From an uncultured Pseudomonadota bacterium (GTDB lineage: Bacteria; Babelota; Babeliae; Babelales; CAIQNR01), in NCBI GenBank assembly GCA_964433415.1, contig CAYSQM010000005.1, positions 10,449-74,448 on the forward strand: a DNA stretch of 64,000 bases, written 5' to 3'. The position numbers and the translations under genes are program-made. The notes under the pieces were generated by a model that did not search any database, was not told where the DNA came from, and was given only the letters and a program-made list of their open reading frames with translations. This document shows, one piece after another, positions 27,701 through 36,855 of the stretch. The number at the start of each line of letters is the position of its first letter. Within the stretch, counting starts at the first letter, position 1.

Positions 27701-29368
27701 ATGATACCATTTTTTACATTGTCTGGAGACTCTCTTATTTCATTAGGTTCTAATGGAATTTTTACGGCACAGTGTGCCTTATTTTTAGCACTAATTTTAT
27801 TAGGGACCTTCTTTTTGGGGAAATTATTTCGTTCTCTTTTGGGTATTCCGGTTATAGCTGGGCATATTTTAGGGGGTATAATATTAGGACCATCTTTTTG
27901 TGATATTCAGCATTTTTCACTTTTTTCTACCCCATTATTATTAGAAACTTCTGTGACTTCTCTTCAGGTGTTTCCTGCAGATGTCTGTCTTTTGTTTCTT
28001 GGATTATTAGGCTCTGTTATTACAGTCCCGTATCTTTTGTGGTTAGCCGGTTACGAAACTAATATAAAAGATCTGCTAAAAGTAGGTATTGGCGCTTTAT
28101 TAGCTGGGGCACTAGGCGCATTAATATCTATTATTGGTGTAGTTACCCTTCTCTATTATTTTTATGGTATAGCAACCTATTCATTAGTTTCTATGATTGG
28201 GTTTGGAATTGTTTTTGCAGCAACAAGTGTTTCTATTCCTGTTGCGGTTTTAGTTTCTTCTCATAGGATGCATTTGAAAAGTTCACAAGCCACTTTGGGT
28301 GCAGCTATTGTAGATGATATTATTGCAGTAATTTTATTATCCTTGTTTATGATGAGTTTGCAAACAGGTATTTTTGGTATTACATCAACTAGTATAGTAA
28401 GCAGTTCTGGTGGTGTTGGTAGCCTTGGTATTTCCCTAGTTTATATGGTTATGTCCGCATTGGTTATTGGAAGTTTTGGTTATTTTGTTATCCCACCTTT
28501 AGTTCATTTATTAAAGCAGTGGAAAATGCAACATCTTTTTGCTCCACTTGCAACAGGGTGTATGTTTTTATATTTTAGTTTTGCAGAATTAGTTGGTGGT
28601 CTTGCAGGGATTACTGGTGCTTATTTTGCTGGTTTGTTTCATCAAAAATCTGATACAAAACGTATGGCAGAACGTATTATTGCGCCATTTGTGAATGCAT
28701 TATTATTACCATTATTTTTAGGGGCTATTGGATTACATGTTAACATTAGAACATTATCATTGTCGCAGTGGGTGCTTGTTGGACTTTTGGCAATAGTGGT
28801 AGTGATTGCAAAATTGGCTGGTTGTTTTATTGCAACACGTGCAAGCAATATTTTCAATAAAGATATCTCTATGAATTGGACCGCCTTAGAAACATATCTG
28901 TTTGGGGCATCTATGGTTGCTCGTGGTGAAGTTTCATTAGTTGCAGCGACCATTTTTAAAGGGGCTCATTTAATCAGTATGCAAGATTATAGTGTCTGTG
29001 TAGTAGTGATTATTTTAACAACGTTATTATCCCCTATTATGCTTGCAGCCGGTTTTTCTGTATTAGATCGTTATGAACAAGAAAAAAAAGGTGATGTCTA
29101 TTCTATTAATTTGGGTTGCTTTAATGCGATTGGCACAGGGCATTTATTTTCTATTATTGGTACTCATTTTGAACATGAAAAAAAAGCGTCTATTCATGTG
29201 AGTTTTTCTGAAGAAGAGAAGATTATTGAAGTTGAAGGACTTGCTATTCGTGTTATTTTTTCCCCTCACAAGGGCATTACGTTAGAAGGTAATCAAGAAG
29301 AGATTGAGCAGTTATTGCATGATATTAAACTTGAAGTGATTCATGATATCGAACGTATTAGTAAGTAA
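27701..29368 (+). CDS. monovalent cation:proton antiporter (CPA2 / Kef-NapA type) with C-terminal soluble domain
   Basis: 555 aa. It has about 12-13 TM helices with the Na+/H+ exchanger family pattern (GHILGGIILGPS, AAIVDDIIAVILL), followed by a hydrophilic tail of about 110 aa. Confidence 0.75.
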   Translation: MIPFFTLSGDSLISLGSNGIFTAQCALFLALILLGTFFLGKLFRSLLGIPVIAGHILGGIILGPSFCDIQHFSLFSTPLLLETSVTSLQVFPADVCLLFLGLLGSVITVPYLLWLAGYETNIKDLLKVGIGALLAGALGALISIIGVVTLLYYFYGIATYSLVSMIGFGIVFAATSVSIPVAVLVSSHRMHLKSSQATLGAAIVDDIIAVILLSLFMMSLQTGIFGITSTSIVSSSGGVGSLGISLVYMVMSALVIGSFGYFVIPPLVHLLKQWKMQHLFAPLATGCMFLYFSFAELVGGLAGITGAYFAGLFHQKSDTKRMAERIIAPFVNALLLPLFLGAIGLHVNIRTLSLSQWVLVGLLAIVVVIAKLAGCFIATRASNIFNKDISMNWTALETYLFGASMVARGEVSLVAATIFKGAHLISMQDYSVCVVVIILTTLLSPIMLAAGFSVLDRYEQEKKGDVYSINLGCFNAIGTGHLFSIIGTHFEHEKKASIHVSFSEEEKIIEVEGLAIRVIFSPHKGITLEGNQEEIEQLLHDIKLEVIHDIERISK

Positions 29369-29452
29369 AGATGGCTTATGCAGTCATTCTGAGCAGCCCG
29401 AAGAATTAAGGTTTATTTAATAAAAAGTCAAAATTGTTAATTTAGGTAGTAT

Positions 29453-30379
29453 ATGCAAAAACCATGGGTACCGCAGTTTGAAATTACTGAACAATTAATT
29501 AGATCACTTATTACTGAGCAATTTCCTGAGTTATCAATTAATTCACTAAAATTTTTTGGTTCTGGATGGGACAATACTTTATATCTTCTGAACTATGAAT
29601 ATGTTTTTAGGTTGCCACATAGGTTTGAAGCTTTAAAATGGCTTGCCATAGAAATGCACGCATTGCCTGAGTTAGCAACTTATTGTTCGATGCCTATTCC
29701 AATTCCATTGTTTAGAGGTAAAGCAACTGAAGAATATCCTTATATATTTTATGGTTATAAGTTATTGCCTGGTAAATCTATTGGAAATTTTGAACTCAAT
29801 GCTCAAGCATATAAAAAATTAGCAACTAACCTTGGTTTATTTTTAAAAGAGTTGCATGGTGTATCTTTAGATTTTGCACAAAAAAAAGAGCTTATGTCAG
29901 AACCTGCAAAAGTTGATTTTGAGTTTTGTGTTGTACGAGGACTAGAAGCGTTTGAAAGTTCAATTGCTCATGATTTAATTCCGGTGCATTTCGATAAAAA
30001 TCGCATAAAAATGTTTATAGAATCTTGGGTAGAGTTAGAAGTGCCAAAAAAACAGGTTATTTTGCATGGAGATCTTTATGCTCGCCATGTCCTTATTAAT
30101 AAAATGGGCGATATAGTAGGCATTATTGACTGGGGTGATTTACATATTGGTTGTATTGGTGTTGATCTTGGTGTTGTATATTGGATGTTACCATTAGAAT
30201 TTCATGATAGCTTTTTTGAAGTCTATGGCGCTGTCCCTAATGATACATTAAAAATTGCACAGTTTAGGGCATTTTATGTTGCAATACGTTTATTAATCTA
30301 TGGGTATGAAATGCGCGATGATCTTATAATGTGTGAAAGCTTGTTTTCTATTGAAAATATTTTAAAAGTATTGTCGTAA
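29453..30379 (+). CDS. aminoglycoside phosphotransferase (APH)-family kinase
   Basis: 308 aa. It has GSGWDNTLY (nucleotide loop), the catalytic HGDLYARHVL and GIIDWGD. Confidence 0.75.
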   Translation: MQKPWVPQFEITEQLIRSLITEQFPELSINSLKFFGSGWDNTLYLLNYEYVFRLPHRFEALKWLAIEMHALPELATYCSMPIPIPLFRGKATEEYPYIFYGYKLLPGKSIGNFELNAQAYKKLATNLGLFLKELHGVSLDFAQKKELMSEPAKVDFEFCVVRGLEAFESSIAHDLIPVHFDKNRIKMFIESWVELEVPKKQVILHGDLYARHVLINKMGDIVGIIDWGDLHIGCIGVDLGVVYWMLPLEFHDSFFEVYGAVPNDTLKIAQFRAFYVAIRLLIYGYEMRDDLIMCESLFSIENILKVLS

Positions 30380-30394
30380 GAATTAGGAATTTAT

Positions 30395-30913
30395 ATGCAA
30401 AAATCTGTGTTCAGTCTTTATTCAGATTTATTAGTTGTTCAAGAAATTGCGTATAGTTCTAATCGATTAATTGTTGAAAATTTTATACAAAAAATTGAAA
30501 GCAAAGAATATTCCGCATGTACATTTGAACTTAATAATCAACGTATATGTTATAGATTAGCAAAAATTACTCCAAAAAAAGTTGGACAATTTGTTACATT
30601 TTGGAAGAGAAGCTCAAATGGTTTAACGGTACCTTATGATTTAAGTGATTCTATTGATCTTTTTGTTATAACTTTACGTAATGGCGAAAAGATTGGTCAA
30701 TTTATTTTTCCTAAAGAAATACTTTATGAAAAAGGCTTTGTATCAAAGGAACAACAGGGTGGAAAACGTGGCATGCGAGTCTATCCTATTTGGGATAAAG
30801 CTGAAAATATGCAGGCTATTAAAACACAAAAATGGCAGCTGTTATATTTTTTTGAAATTCAACCAATTCTTGATGCTATTAAAATGAGACAATTATTTAA
30901 TACTGAAAAATAA
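30395..30913 (+). CDS. MepB-family protein
   Basis: 172 aa. The pattern RLAKITPKKVGQFVTFWKR ... DLFVI ... GQFIFPKEIL ... GKRGMRVYPIWD matches my recollection of the MepB domain. No search was done. Confidence 0.55.
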   Translation: MQKSVFSLYSDLLVVQEIAYSSNRLIVENFIQKIESKEYSACTFELNNQRICYRLAKITPKKVGQFVTFWKRSSNGLTVPYDLSDSIDLFVITLRNGEKIGQFIFPKEILYEKGFVSKEQQGGKRGMRVYPIWDKAENMQAIKTQKWQLLYFFEIQPILDAIKMRQLFNTEK

Positions 30914-31152
30914 GAGAAAATCTATGAAAAATAAGTTATTGATTATTGGGTTATGTGGAGCGTTAAGTTGTAATGTTAGTCATAGTAGTCAAAAATTTGT
31001 ACAAAAAATAGGTAAAACATTAATAGCGAGTCAATAAAAATTATTAGCTCAAAATGTGGAAAAATAGATTGTTTGGGTTGTTGCTTGTAGGATCATCATT
31101 GGCTGCTTCAGGTGCTTATGTGGCTTTTAGTAATTATGTAGATAAATTGTTT

Positions 31153-31806
31153 TTATAAAATAATGTCTAAAAGCTTTTTGAGCTGTTGCGTGTCAGTACA
31201 TTGTTCAATGGCATATTTGACGGTTTGTTGGAAAAGTTTTTGCAATTTAGCTGGATAATCTTCTAAAATGGCAATCATTTTATCTCCTTCATCACATGAA
31301 AATTCAGTATTGGTAGTTGTTGCTAGGTGACGTGCTTGCTCAAGTTTTTGTACTGAAAGAGCAGAAAATTCTATTTCGCTTGGTATAGTATCGTGACTAT
31401 ATTTGATGTAATTAACTAAATTTTGGTCTTTAAATTGTGCAATATTTTTTTCTATGGTTATTACTAAACTTTTAATGATTTTTTTGGTGACTAAAATCTG
31501 TTGCTCTTGTTTGAATCGTAATTCTTCAAGTCGTTTTTGATTCTGTAATGATTCCTCTATTTCTAATTCTTTAATAATTTCTTCTTTTCTCGTTTCTTTA
31601 AAAAGGTCTTCTTGCACTTGTTTGCCATCTATAGACCAGCTTCCTTTAAGGGAGCCATTTGTAACATCAATACGAGAAGAAAATAGTTTTCCATTAATAC
31701 GTTCTTCAACAAGGTCAACTGACACTTTTCTTTCTATTTTTTTTGTAATAACCATATTTTTTGTTAAAAGCATGATAAATAGTAGTGTTAGGTGGCTATT
31801 CTTCAT
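31153..31806 (-). CDS. hypothetical secreted coiled-coil protein
   Basis: 217 aa with a hydrophobic N-terminus (LTLLFIMLLTKNMV) and an E/K/Q-rich heptad-like body. Confidence 0.55.
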   Translation of the reverse strand: MKNSHLTLLFIMLLTKNMVITKKIERKVSVDLVEERINGKLFSSRIDVTNGSLKGSWSIDGKQVQEDLFKETRKEEIIKELEIEESLQNQKRLEELRFKQEQQILVTKKIIKSLVITIEKNIAQFKDQNLVNYIKYSHDTIPSEIEFSALSVQKLEQARHLATTTNTEFSCDEGDKMIAILEDYPAKLQKLFQQTVKYAIEQCTDTQQLKKLLDIIL

Positions 31807-31958
31807 AATTTTACAGGGCCCTTTAAATTTTTTTTGTTAAACGGTAGAAATGATTTATTATAGAAAACATGGTACACTTTTTTACTAAAGACCTCAAAAC
31901 TATAAAGAGAGTTTTTGTGGGATAGTAATAGTTTTTAACGGTTTTACCAGGAAATGAT

Positions 31959-32411
31959 ATGAAACGTAGAAAAGCCTTTTTTTCGATATCAGCAGTTGCT
32001 GAAATGTTTGCTATTCATCAGCAAACCATTCGATTATATGAACGGGAAGGATTAATTACGCCTAAACGCTCAGAGGGGAATACACGATTATTTTCTGAAG
32101 ACGATGTTAATAAGCTAGAAGAAATTATTTATTTGACTCATAAGCTTGGTATTAATCTTGCTGGAGTTCAGATGATTTTAAAGCTTCAAAAACAAATTCA
32201 AAAAATGCAAAAAGATATGAATAAAATTTTTGATGAAACAAGAATGGATTTAACTAAAGAAGAAGAGGTCCATAAGGCTGAAGTTCGTTTGGCAGCGCGG
32301 CAACTTGCACAGTTTAAAGCGAGTAATTCAATGCCGGTAACTGGGGAGTCAAAAGAAGGCTCTCTTGATCCTGAAGAAGAAAATTGGGAAGTAGAGTACG
32401 ATGAATTATAG
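31959..32411 (+). CDS. hspR: MerR-family heat-shock transcriptional repressor, HspR-like
   Basis: 150 aa. The N-terminal wHTH is ISAVAEMFAIHQQTIRLYEREGLITPKRSEGNTRLFSEDDV, and GINLAGVQMIL is typical of HspR. The C-terminal tail is acidic. Confidence 0.7.
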   Translation: MKRRKAFFSISAVAEMFAIHQQTIRLYEREGLITPKRSEGNTRLFSEDDVNKLEEIIYLTHKLGINLAGVQMILKLQKQIQKMQKDMNKIFDETRMDLTKEEEVHKAEVRLAARQLAQFKASNSMPVTGESKEGSLDPEEENWEVEYDEL

Positions 32412-32534
32412 AGTTCTGTCTTATTTATTAAAGAACTCTTATTAACACGATATGAAAACATTTTATTTTGTGGGTGAAATCGGGTATTCTTTCGCATAAA
32501 GATATAAACATTAATTTTTTGGCAGGGGGTAAAC

Positions 32535-32978
32535 ATGAATGAAGAAATAAGCCAGTTAACGCTGTCATATGAATTGTTATACCTTATTCAATGGCTTGTT
32601 GAAAATGAGCCAGATCAATTAAAAGAGATTATTGCACAAGCATTTAACTCTGGTCTTAAAGAGAAATTTAAGAAAATATATATGACAGAGCAAGTTGCCT
32701 CAGATTCCATGCATTATGGCATTATTGATTTTTTGGGTCTTCTTGAAATTTTATTACATGAAGTGACTGAAGAACAGCAGATGCAAGAATTGGTTCATAA
32801 AAAGTTGTTGCCTGCAATTGATCATATTGATGGTGCTGAATATCCTGCACAATTAGTTCAATCTTCTTTGGAGAAAGTTTCTTCAAAATTGGAAAAAAAT
32901 CCTACAAAAAACCCTCAAGAGCTCTTGTTTCAGGAATTGTTAAGAAGCTGGAACCCGTCAAAAAAAACAGCAAATTGA
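32535..32978 (+). CDS. hypothetical protein downstream of hspR
   Basis: 147 aa, helical, no recognised motif. It is on the same strand as hspR with a 123-bp gap. Confidence 0.5.
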   Translation: MNEEISQLTLSYELLYLIQWLVENEPDQLKEIIAQAFNSGLKEKFKKIYMTEQVASDSMHYGIIDFLGLLEILLHEVTEEQQMQELVHKKLLPAIDHIDGAEYPAQLVQSSLEKVSSKLEKNPTKNPQELLFQELLRSWNPSKKTAN

Positions 32979-33065
32979 CTTCTTGAAGAAAGATTCATCC
33001 AGAACAGAGTAAAGCCAAGTTTAAGAGCGTTGTTGAAATAATAAAAATATTTATCGTTTTTTGAT

Positions 33066-33104
33066 AGCAAAAAGCCCTACTTTGCATAAAGCTTAGCAGG
33101 GCTT
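33066..33104 (-). terminator. rho-independent terminator of csp copy 1
   Basis: On the minus strand, AGCCCUGCU...AGUAGGGCU forms a 9-bp stem followed by U5. A near-identical copy lies at about 33467-33506 after csp copy 2. Confidence 0.65.
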
Positions 33105-33135
33105 TAACTATTTTTCTTTTGGATCGAAAAATTAT

Positions 33136-33336
33136 TTAGATAGTAGAAACTTCTACTGCAGTCAAACCTTTAGGTGACTCTTGTATAGCGAATTCTACTT
33201 GATCGCCTTCGCGCAATGCTCTGCCGATTACAGCATTTTTGTGAACGAAGATATCAGGATTGTTTGGATAAGAAATGAATCCAAAACCTTTAGTAGTGTT
33301 GAACCATTTAACTGTTCCAGTTTCTCTTTTTGACAT
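33136..33336 (-). CDS. cspA: cold-shock protein (CspA family), copy 1
   Basis: 66 aa from MSKRETGTVKWFNTTKGFGFI, with the RNP1 motif KGFGFI and the RNP2 motif VFVH-like IFVHKN. The track start (33351) is an upstream in-frame Met without an RBS. Confidence 0.9.
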   Translation of the reverse strand: MSKRETGTVKWFNTTKGFGFISYPNNPDIFVHKNAVIGRALREGDQVEFAIQESPKGLTAVEVSTI

Positions 33337-33529
33337 TTTAATCCTAGTCATTAAGAAGGGTATAAAAAATAGTCTCGCTTAAAAGCGAGGACTTGTAACA
33401 AACGTTACATCATTAACAATGATAATGATACCATATTTGCCAAAGAGAGCGAGGTTTATTTTTGATAGCAAAAAGCCCTACTTTGCATTTAAGCTTAGCA
33501 GGGCTTTAATTATTTTTCTTGAGAAAAAT

Positions 33530-33730
33530 TTAGATGGTAGAAACTTCTACCGCAGTCAATCCCTTAGGAGACTTTTGGATAGCAAATTCTACTTTGTCGC
33601 CTTCGCGCAATGCTCTGCCGATTACAGCATTTTTATGAACAAAGATATCAGGGTTATTTGGGCGTGAAATAAATCCAAAACCTTTAGTAGTATTGAACCA
33701 TTTAACGATCCCAGTTTCTCTTTTTGACAT
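33530..33730 (-). CDS. cspA: cold-shock protein (CspA family), copy 2
   Basis: 66 aa. It differs from copy 1 at 4 residues (T8I, Y23R, Q46K, E53K). The extension in the track ORF (to 33796) is unlikely to be coding. Confidence 0.9.
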   Translation of the reverse strand: MSKRETGIVKWFNTTKGFGFISRPNNPDIFVHKNAVIGRALREGDKVEFAIQKSPKGLTAVEVSTI

Positions 33731-33970
33731 TTTAATCCTAGTCATTAAGAAGGTATAAAAAAATAGTCTTAGCTTGAAAGCAAAGACTTGTAACAAGAGT
33801 TACATCACCAACACGAGGAATAATATCATATCTATAAAATATGTGAAGTTGAATTTGGCAAAAACGCGATTGGTCTTGCTAAATCTTGTCTTCTTGGGCT
33901 ATTAGAGGTATCATGTTGGGAACAGAATTTAAGGTGACGGAACCAGATTTTTAGATAAAGGATATCAGGT

Positions 33971-36742
33971 ATGGCGATTGAACAGGACGGCACAAAAGTA
34001 AGTAATGGTATAAGGCCGATTGTCATAGAAGATGAACTTAAAAGTTCATTTCTTGACTATGCTATGTCAGTGGTAGTAAGTCGTGCTATCCCCGATGTTC
34101 GTGATGGATTAAAGCCTGTTCACAGACGTGTTCTCTATGCAATGCATGAATTGGGCTATCATTATAATAAACCATATAGAAAATCAGTTCGTATTGTTGG
34201 GGACGTACTTGGTAAGTATCATCCTCATGGTGATCAAGCCGTGTATAATACGATGGTTGGTATGGTGCAAGATTTTGCAAAAAGACATCCATTGCTTGAT
34301 GGACAAGGGAACTGGGGCTCTGTAGATGGTGATAATGCTGCTGCAATGCGTTATACTGAAGTTAGAATGCAAAGAATTACTCAAGAAATTTTAGCTGACA
34401 TTGATAAAAATACGGTTCCTTTTGTGCCGAATTTTGATGAATCAACCGTTGAACCTGTTATTTTGCCAAGCAGGCTTCCTAATTTATTGGTTAATGGAAC
34501 TGCGGGTATTGCTGTTGGTATGGCAACTTCTATTCCGCCGCATAATTTAGGTGAAGTTATTGATGGTTGTCTTGCTTATTTAGATAATGAAGCAATCACT
34601 GATGATGAACTTATTGAGATAATTCCAGCACCAGACTTTCCAACGGGTGGTATTATTTGTGGACGTGGATCTATTATTAAAGCATATAAAACAGGTCGTG
34701 GCAGCGTATTAGTACGTGGTGTGACTGAAATTCAAGAAAGTAAACGTGGAAACGTTATTATCATCACTGAATTGCCTTACCAAGTTAATAAAGCAGAGTT
34801 AATTATTAAGATTGCTGATTTGGTTAAAGAAAAAATTATTGAAGGCATTACCAATATTCGTGATGAGTCAGATAGACGCGGTATGCGTGTGGTGATCGAT
34901 ATTCGGAGAGGTGATATTCCTGATGTAGTATTGAATCAATTATATAAACATACGTCATTACAGACATCAATTTCTATTTTAATGTTAGCGTTACTTGATC
35001 ATCGTCCAATGGTTTTTTCATTACGTGGTTTAGTAGAGCAGTTCTTATCTCATCGTGAAACAGTGGTGTATAAACGTACCATGTTTGATCTTGAAAAAGC
35101 ACGTGAACGTGAACACTTATTAGAAGGTTTTATTATTGCGTTAAGTAATATCGATGCAATAGTTCAGCACATTAAACGTTCAAAAACTGCTGAAGAAGCA
35201 ATTGCTGTTCTTGAGCGTGAATATGCTTTGTCATCTGAGCAAAGCAAAGCAATTCTTGAAATGCGTTTACAGCGTTTGACTGGTCTAGAGCAAGAAAAAA
35301 TTCATGCAGAAATTATAGAATTAAAAAAGAAAATTACTTATTTACTTTCTATTATTGAAGATCGCGTTGTATTAAAACGTGAAATTAGAGAAGAACTTGT
35401 AAGTATTAAAGAAACATATAGTAATCCTCGTCGTACCAAAATAGAAAATGTTTTTGAATCATTAACAGATCAAGATTTAATTCCGGATGATGAAGTTGTA
35501 GTTACTCTTACTAAAAAGGGTTATATCAAGCGTGTTCCATTGATTACTTACGAAGTGCAACATCGTGGTGGTAAGGGTAAGATGGGTATGCAAAAACTTG
35601 ATGATAATGATGATGTTGTGACCGATTTATTTGTTGCAAAAAATCATGATGAATTATTGTTTTTCACCACTTTAGGCCGTGTGTACAGTATGAATGTTTA
35701 TGAAGTAACTGAAGGTTCAAGGACATCAAAAGGTCGCGCTGTTATTAACTTGCTACCGTTGGTTGAAGGCGAATCTGTAGTTAAATTGCTTTGTATGCGT
35801 GGTATGGAAAATAAACAAATTGTGATGGTGTCTAAGCAAGGTATCATCAAGAAAACTGATGCAATGGCCTTTGCTAAGATTCGCGTTTCTGGTATTAAAG
35901 CGGTTGGTCTTAACGATGGTGATGAACTTGCATTCTGTTCTGTAAGCTCTGGAGATGATACTATTGTTCTTGCAACTGCATTTGGTCAAGGTATTCGTTT
36001 TAAAGAATCAGAAGTGCGCTCTATGGGTCGTCAAGCAGCAGGTGTTATCGGCATTAGGTTAAAAGAAAAAGATCATGTTGTAGGTATGGAAGTTATTGCA
36101 GATGAAGATAAGAATCTATTATTTGCTACATCAAATGGGTATGGTAAGCGTACACGAGTAGGTGATTTCCGTATTGCGCATCGTGGTGGCATGGGTGTTC
36201 GCACTATTCCAACGGATAGACGTAATGGTGATGTAGTTGGTTTGGTTATCGTTGGTGAAAACTCGCATATCTTATTGATTGATGATAATGGTAAAATTAT
36301 TCATTTATTGCCAACTGAAGTACGTACTATGGGCCGTCAAGCAAAAGGGGTGCGTTTAATCCGTCTTGATGTGAGTAGGAAATTAGCATCTTGTGTTGCA
36401 TTTGAATCTGATGAAGAAGATGGTAAGGAATCAGATAATTCTGATGATAGCGATAATTCTGGAAATAATTCAGATAATTCAGTGAAAGTAAAAGCAAAAG
36501 TAAAGCTTGATGGAGTCGATGGTCTTGATGGTTATGAAGGTATTGCATTAGAACGTGATTTTGATGAGGTAGGTGTGAATGAACAAGAAACTTCATATGG
36601 AAATTTAGAAGGTCCAACAAATGTATCTTCTGGCCCATTAAGTTTTGATGGTTATTCATCAACAAAAGCGCTTGAAGATGATCAATCTAATAATCAGGAT
36701 GATGATAATGACTCGTTTGATAAGCAAGTTATGATCTTTTAA
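33971..36742 (+). CDS. gyrA: DNA gyrase subunit A with extended acidic C-terminal tail
   Basis: 923 aa. It has DGLKPVHRR, the active-site region AAMRYTE (catalytic Tyr) and a QRDR-type segment HPHGDQAVY. The GyrA-box region is followed by beta-pinwheel repeats. The last 115 aa or so are D/S/N/E-rich. Confidence 0.95.
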   Translation: MAIEQDGTKVSNGIRPIVIEDELKSSFLDYAMSVVVSRAIPDVRDGLKPVHRRVLYAMHELGYHYNKPYRKSVRIVGDVLGKYHPHGDQAVYNTMVGMVQDFAKRHPLLDGQGNWGSVDGDNAAAMRYTEVRMQRITQEILADIDKNTVPFVPNFDESTVEPVILPSRLPNLLVNGTAGIAVGMATSIPPHNLGEVIDGCLAYLDNEAITDDELIEIIPAPDFPTGGIICGRGSIIKAYKTGRGSVLVRGVTEIQESKRGNVIIITELPYQVNKAELIIKIADLVKEKIIEGITNIRDESDRRGMRVVIDIRRGDIPDVVLNQLYKHTSLQTSISILMLALLDHRPMVFSLRGLVEQFLSHRETVVYKRTMFDLEKAREREHLLEGFIIALSNIDAIVQHIKRSKTAEEAIAVLEREYALSSEQSKAILEMRLQRLTGLEQEKIHAEIIELKKKITYLLSIIEDRVVLKREIREELVSIKETYSNPRRTKIENVFESLTDQDLIPDDEVVVTLTKKGYIKRVPLITYEVQHRGGKGKMGMQKLDDNDDVVTDLFVAKNHDELLFFTTLGRVYSMNVYEVTEGSRTSKGRAVINLLPLVEGESVVKLLCMRGMENKQIVMVSKQGIIKKTDAMAFAKIRVSGIKAVGLNDGDELAFCSVSSGDDTIVLATAFGQGIRFKESEVRSMGRQAAGVIGIRLKEKDHVVGMEVIADEDKNLLFATSNGYGKRTRVGDFRIAHRGGMGVRTIPTDRRNGDVVGLVIVGENSHILLIDDNGKIIHLLPTEVRTMGRQAKGVRLIRLDVSRKLASCVAFESDEEDGKESDNSDDSDNSGNNSDNSVKVKAKVKLDGVDGLDGYEGIALERDFDEVGVNEQETSYGNLEGPTNVSSGPLSFDGYSSTKALEDDQSNNQDDDNDSFDKQVMIF

Positions 36743-36760
36743 ATTAATAAATATAAAATA

Positions 36761-36804
36761 AGAAAAGTAGAGAGACTGGCTTAATGTGGCTCTTTACTTT
36801 TCTT
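36761..36804 (+). terminator. rho-independent terminator after gyrA
   Basis: AGAAAAGTAGAGAG pairs with CTCTTTACTTTTCT (one mismatch) and is followed by a T-rich stretch. Confidence 0.55.
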
Positions 36805-36855
36805 ATTAGAATATTGACTCTTACTATTTTATAAAATAGTAATACACTGCAAAGT

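Larger units (their letters stand above)
33055..33840 (-). repeat. tandem duplication (two units of about 394-401 bp), each carrying terminator + csp CDS + conserved 5' leader of about 100 nt
   Basis: The stop codons (33136 and 33530) and the start codons (33336 and 33730) are both offset by 394 bp. The terminators are offset by 401 bp. The leader sequences are alignable up to about 33440 and 33840. Confidence 0.85.

Noticed and set aside
30924-31158. Two mini-ORFs after the MepB-like gene (37 aa MKNKLLIIGLCGALSC... at 30924-31037; 34 aa MWKNRLFGLLLVGSSLAASGAY... at 31054-31158)
   Set aside because: They could be small membrane peptides or fragments of a decayed lipoprotein gene. However, the RBSs are weak, the second overlaps the 3' end of the 31153-31806(-) gene, and I have no conservation evidence.
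33419-34026. Track ORFs 33419-33667(+), the extended 33530-33796(-) and 33832-34026(-) around the csp duplication and the gyrA start
   Set aside because: They cover csp leader and terminator sequence or the gyrA 5' end. The csp genes start at the conserved MSKRETG with their own RBS.
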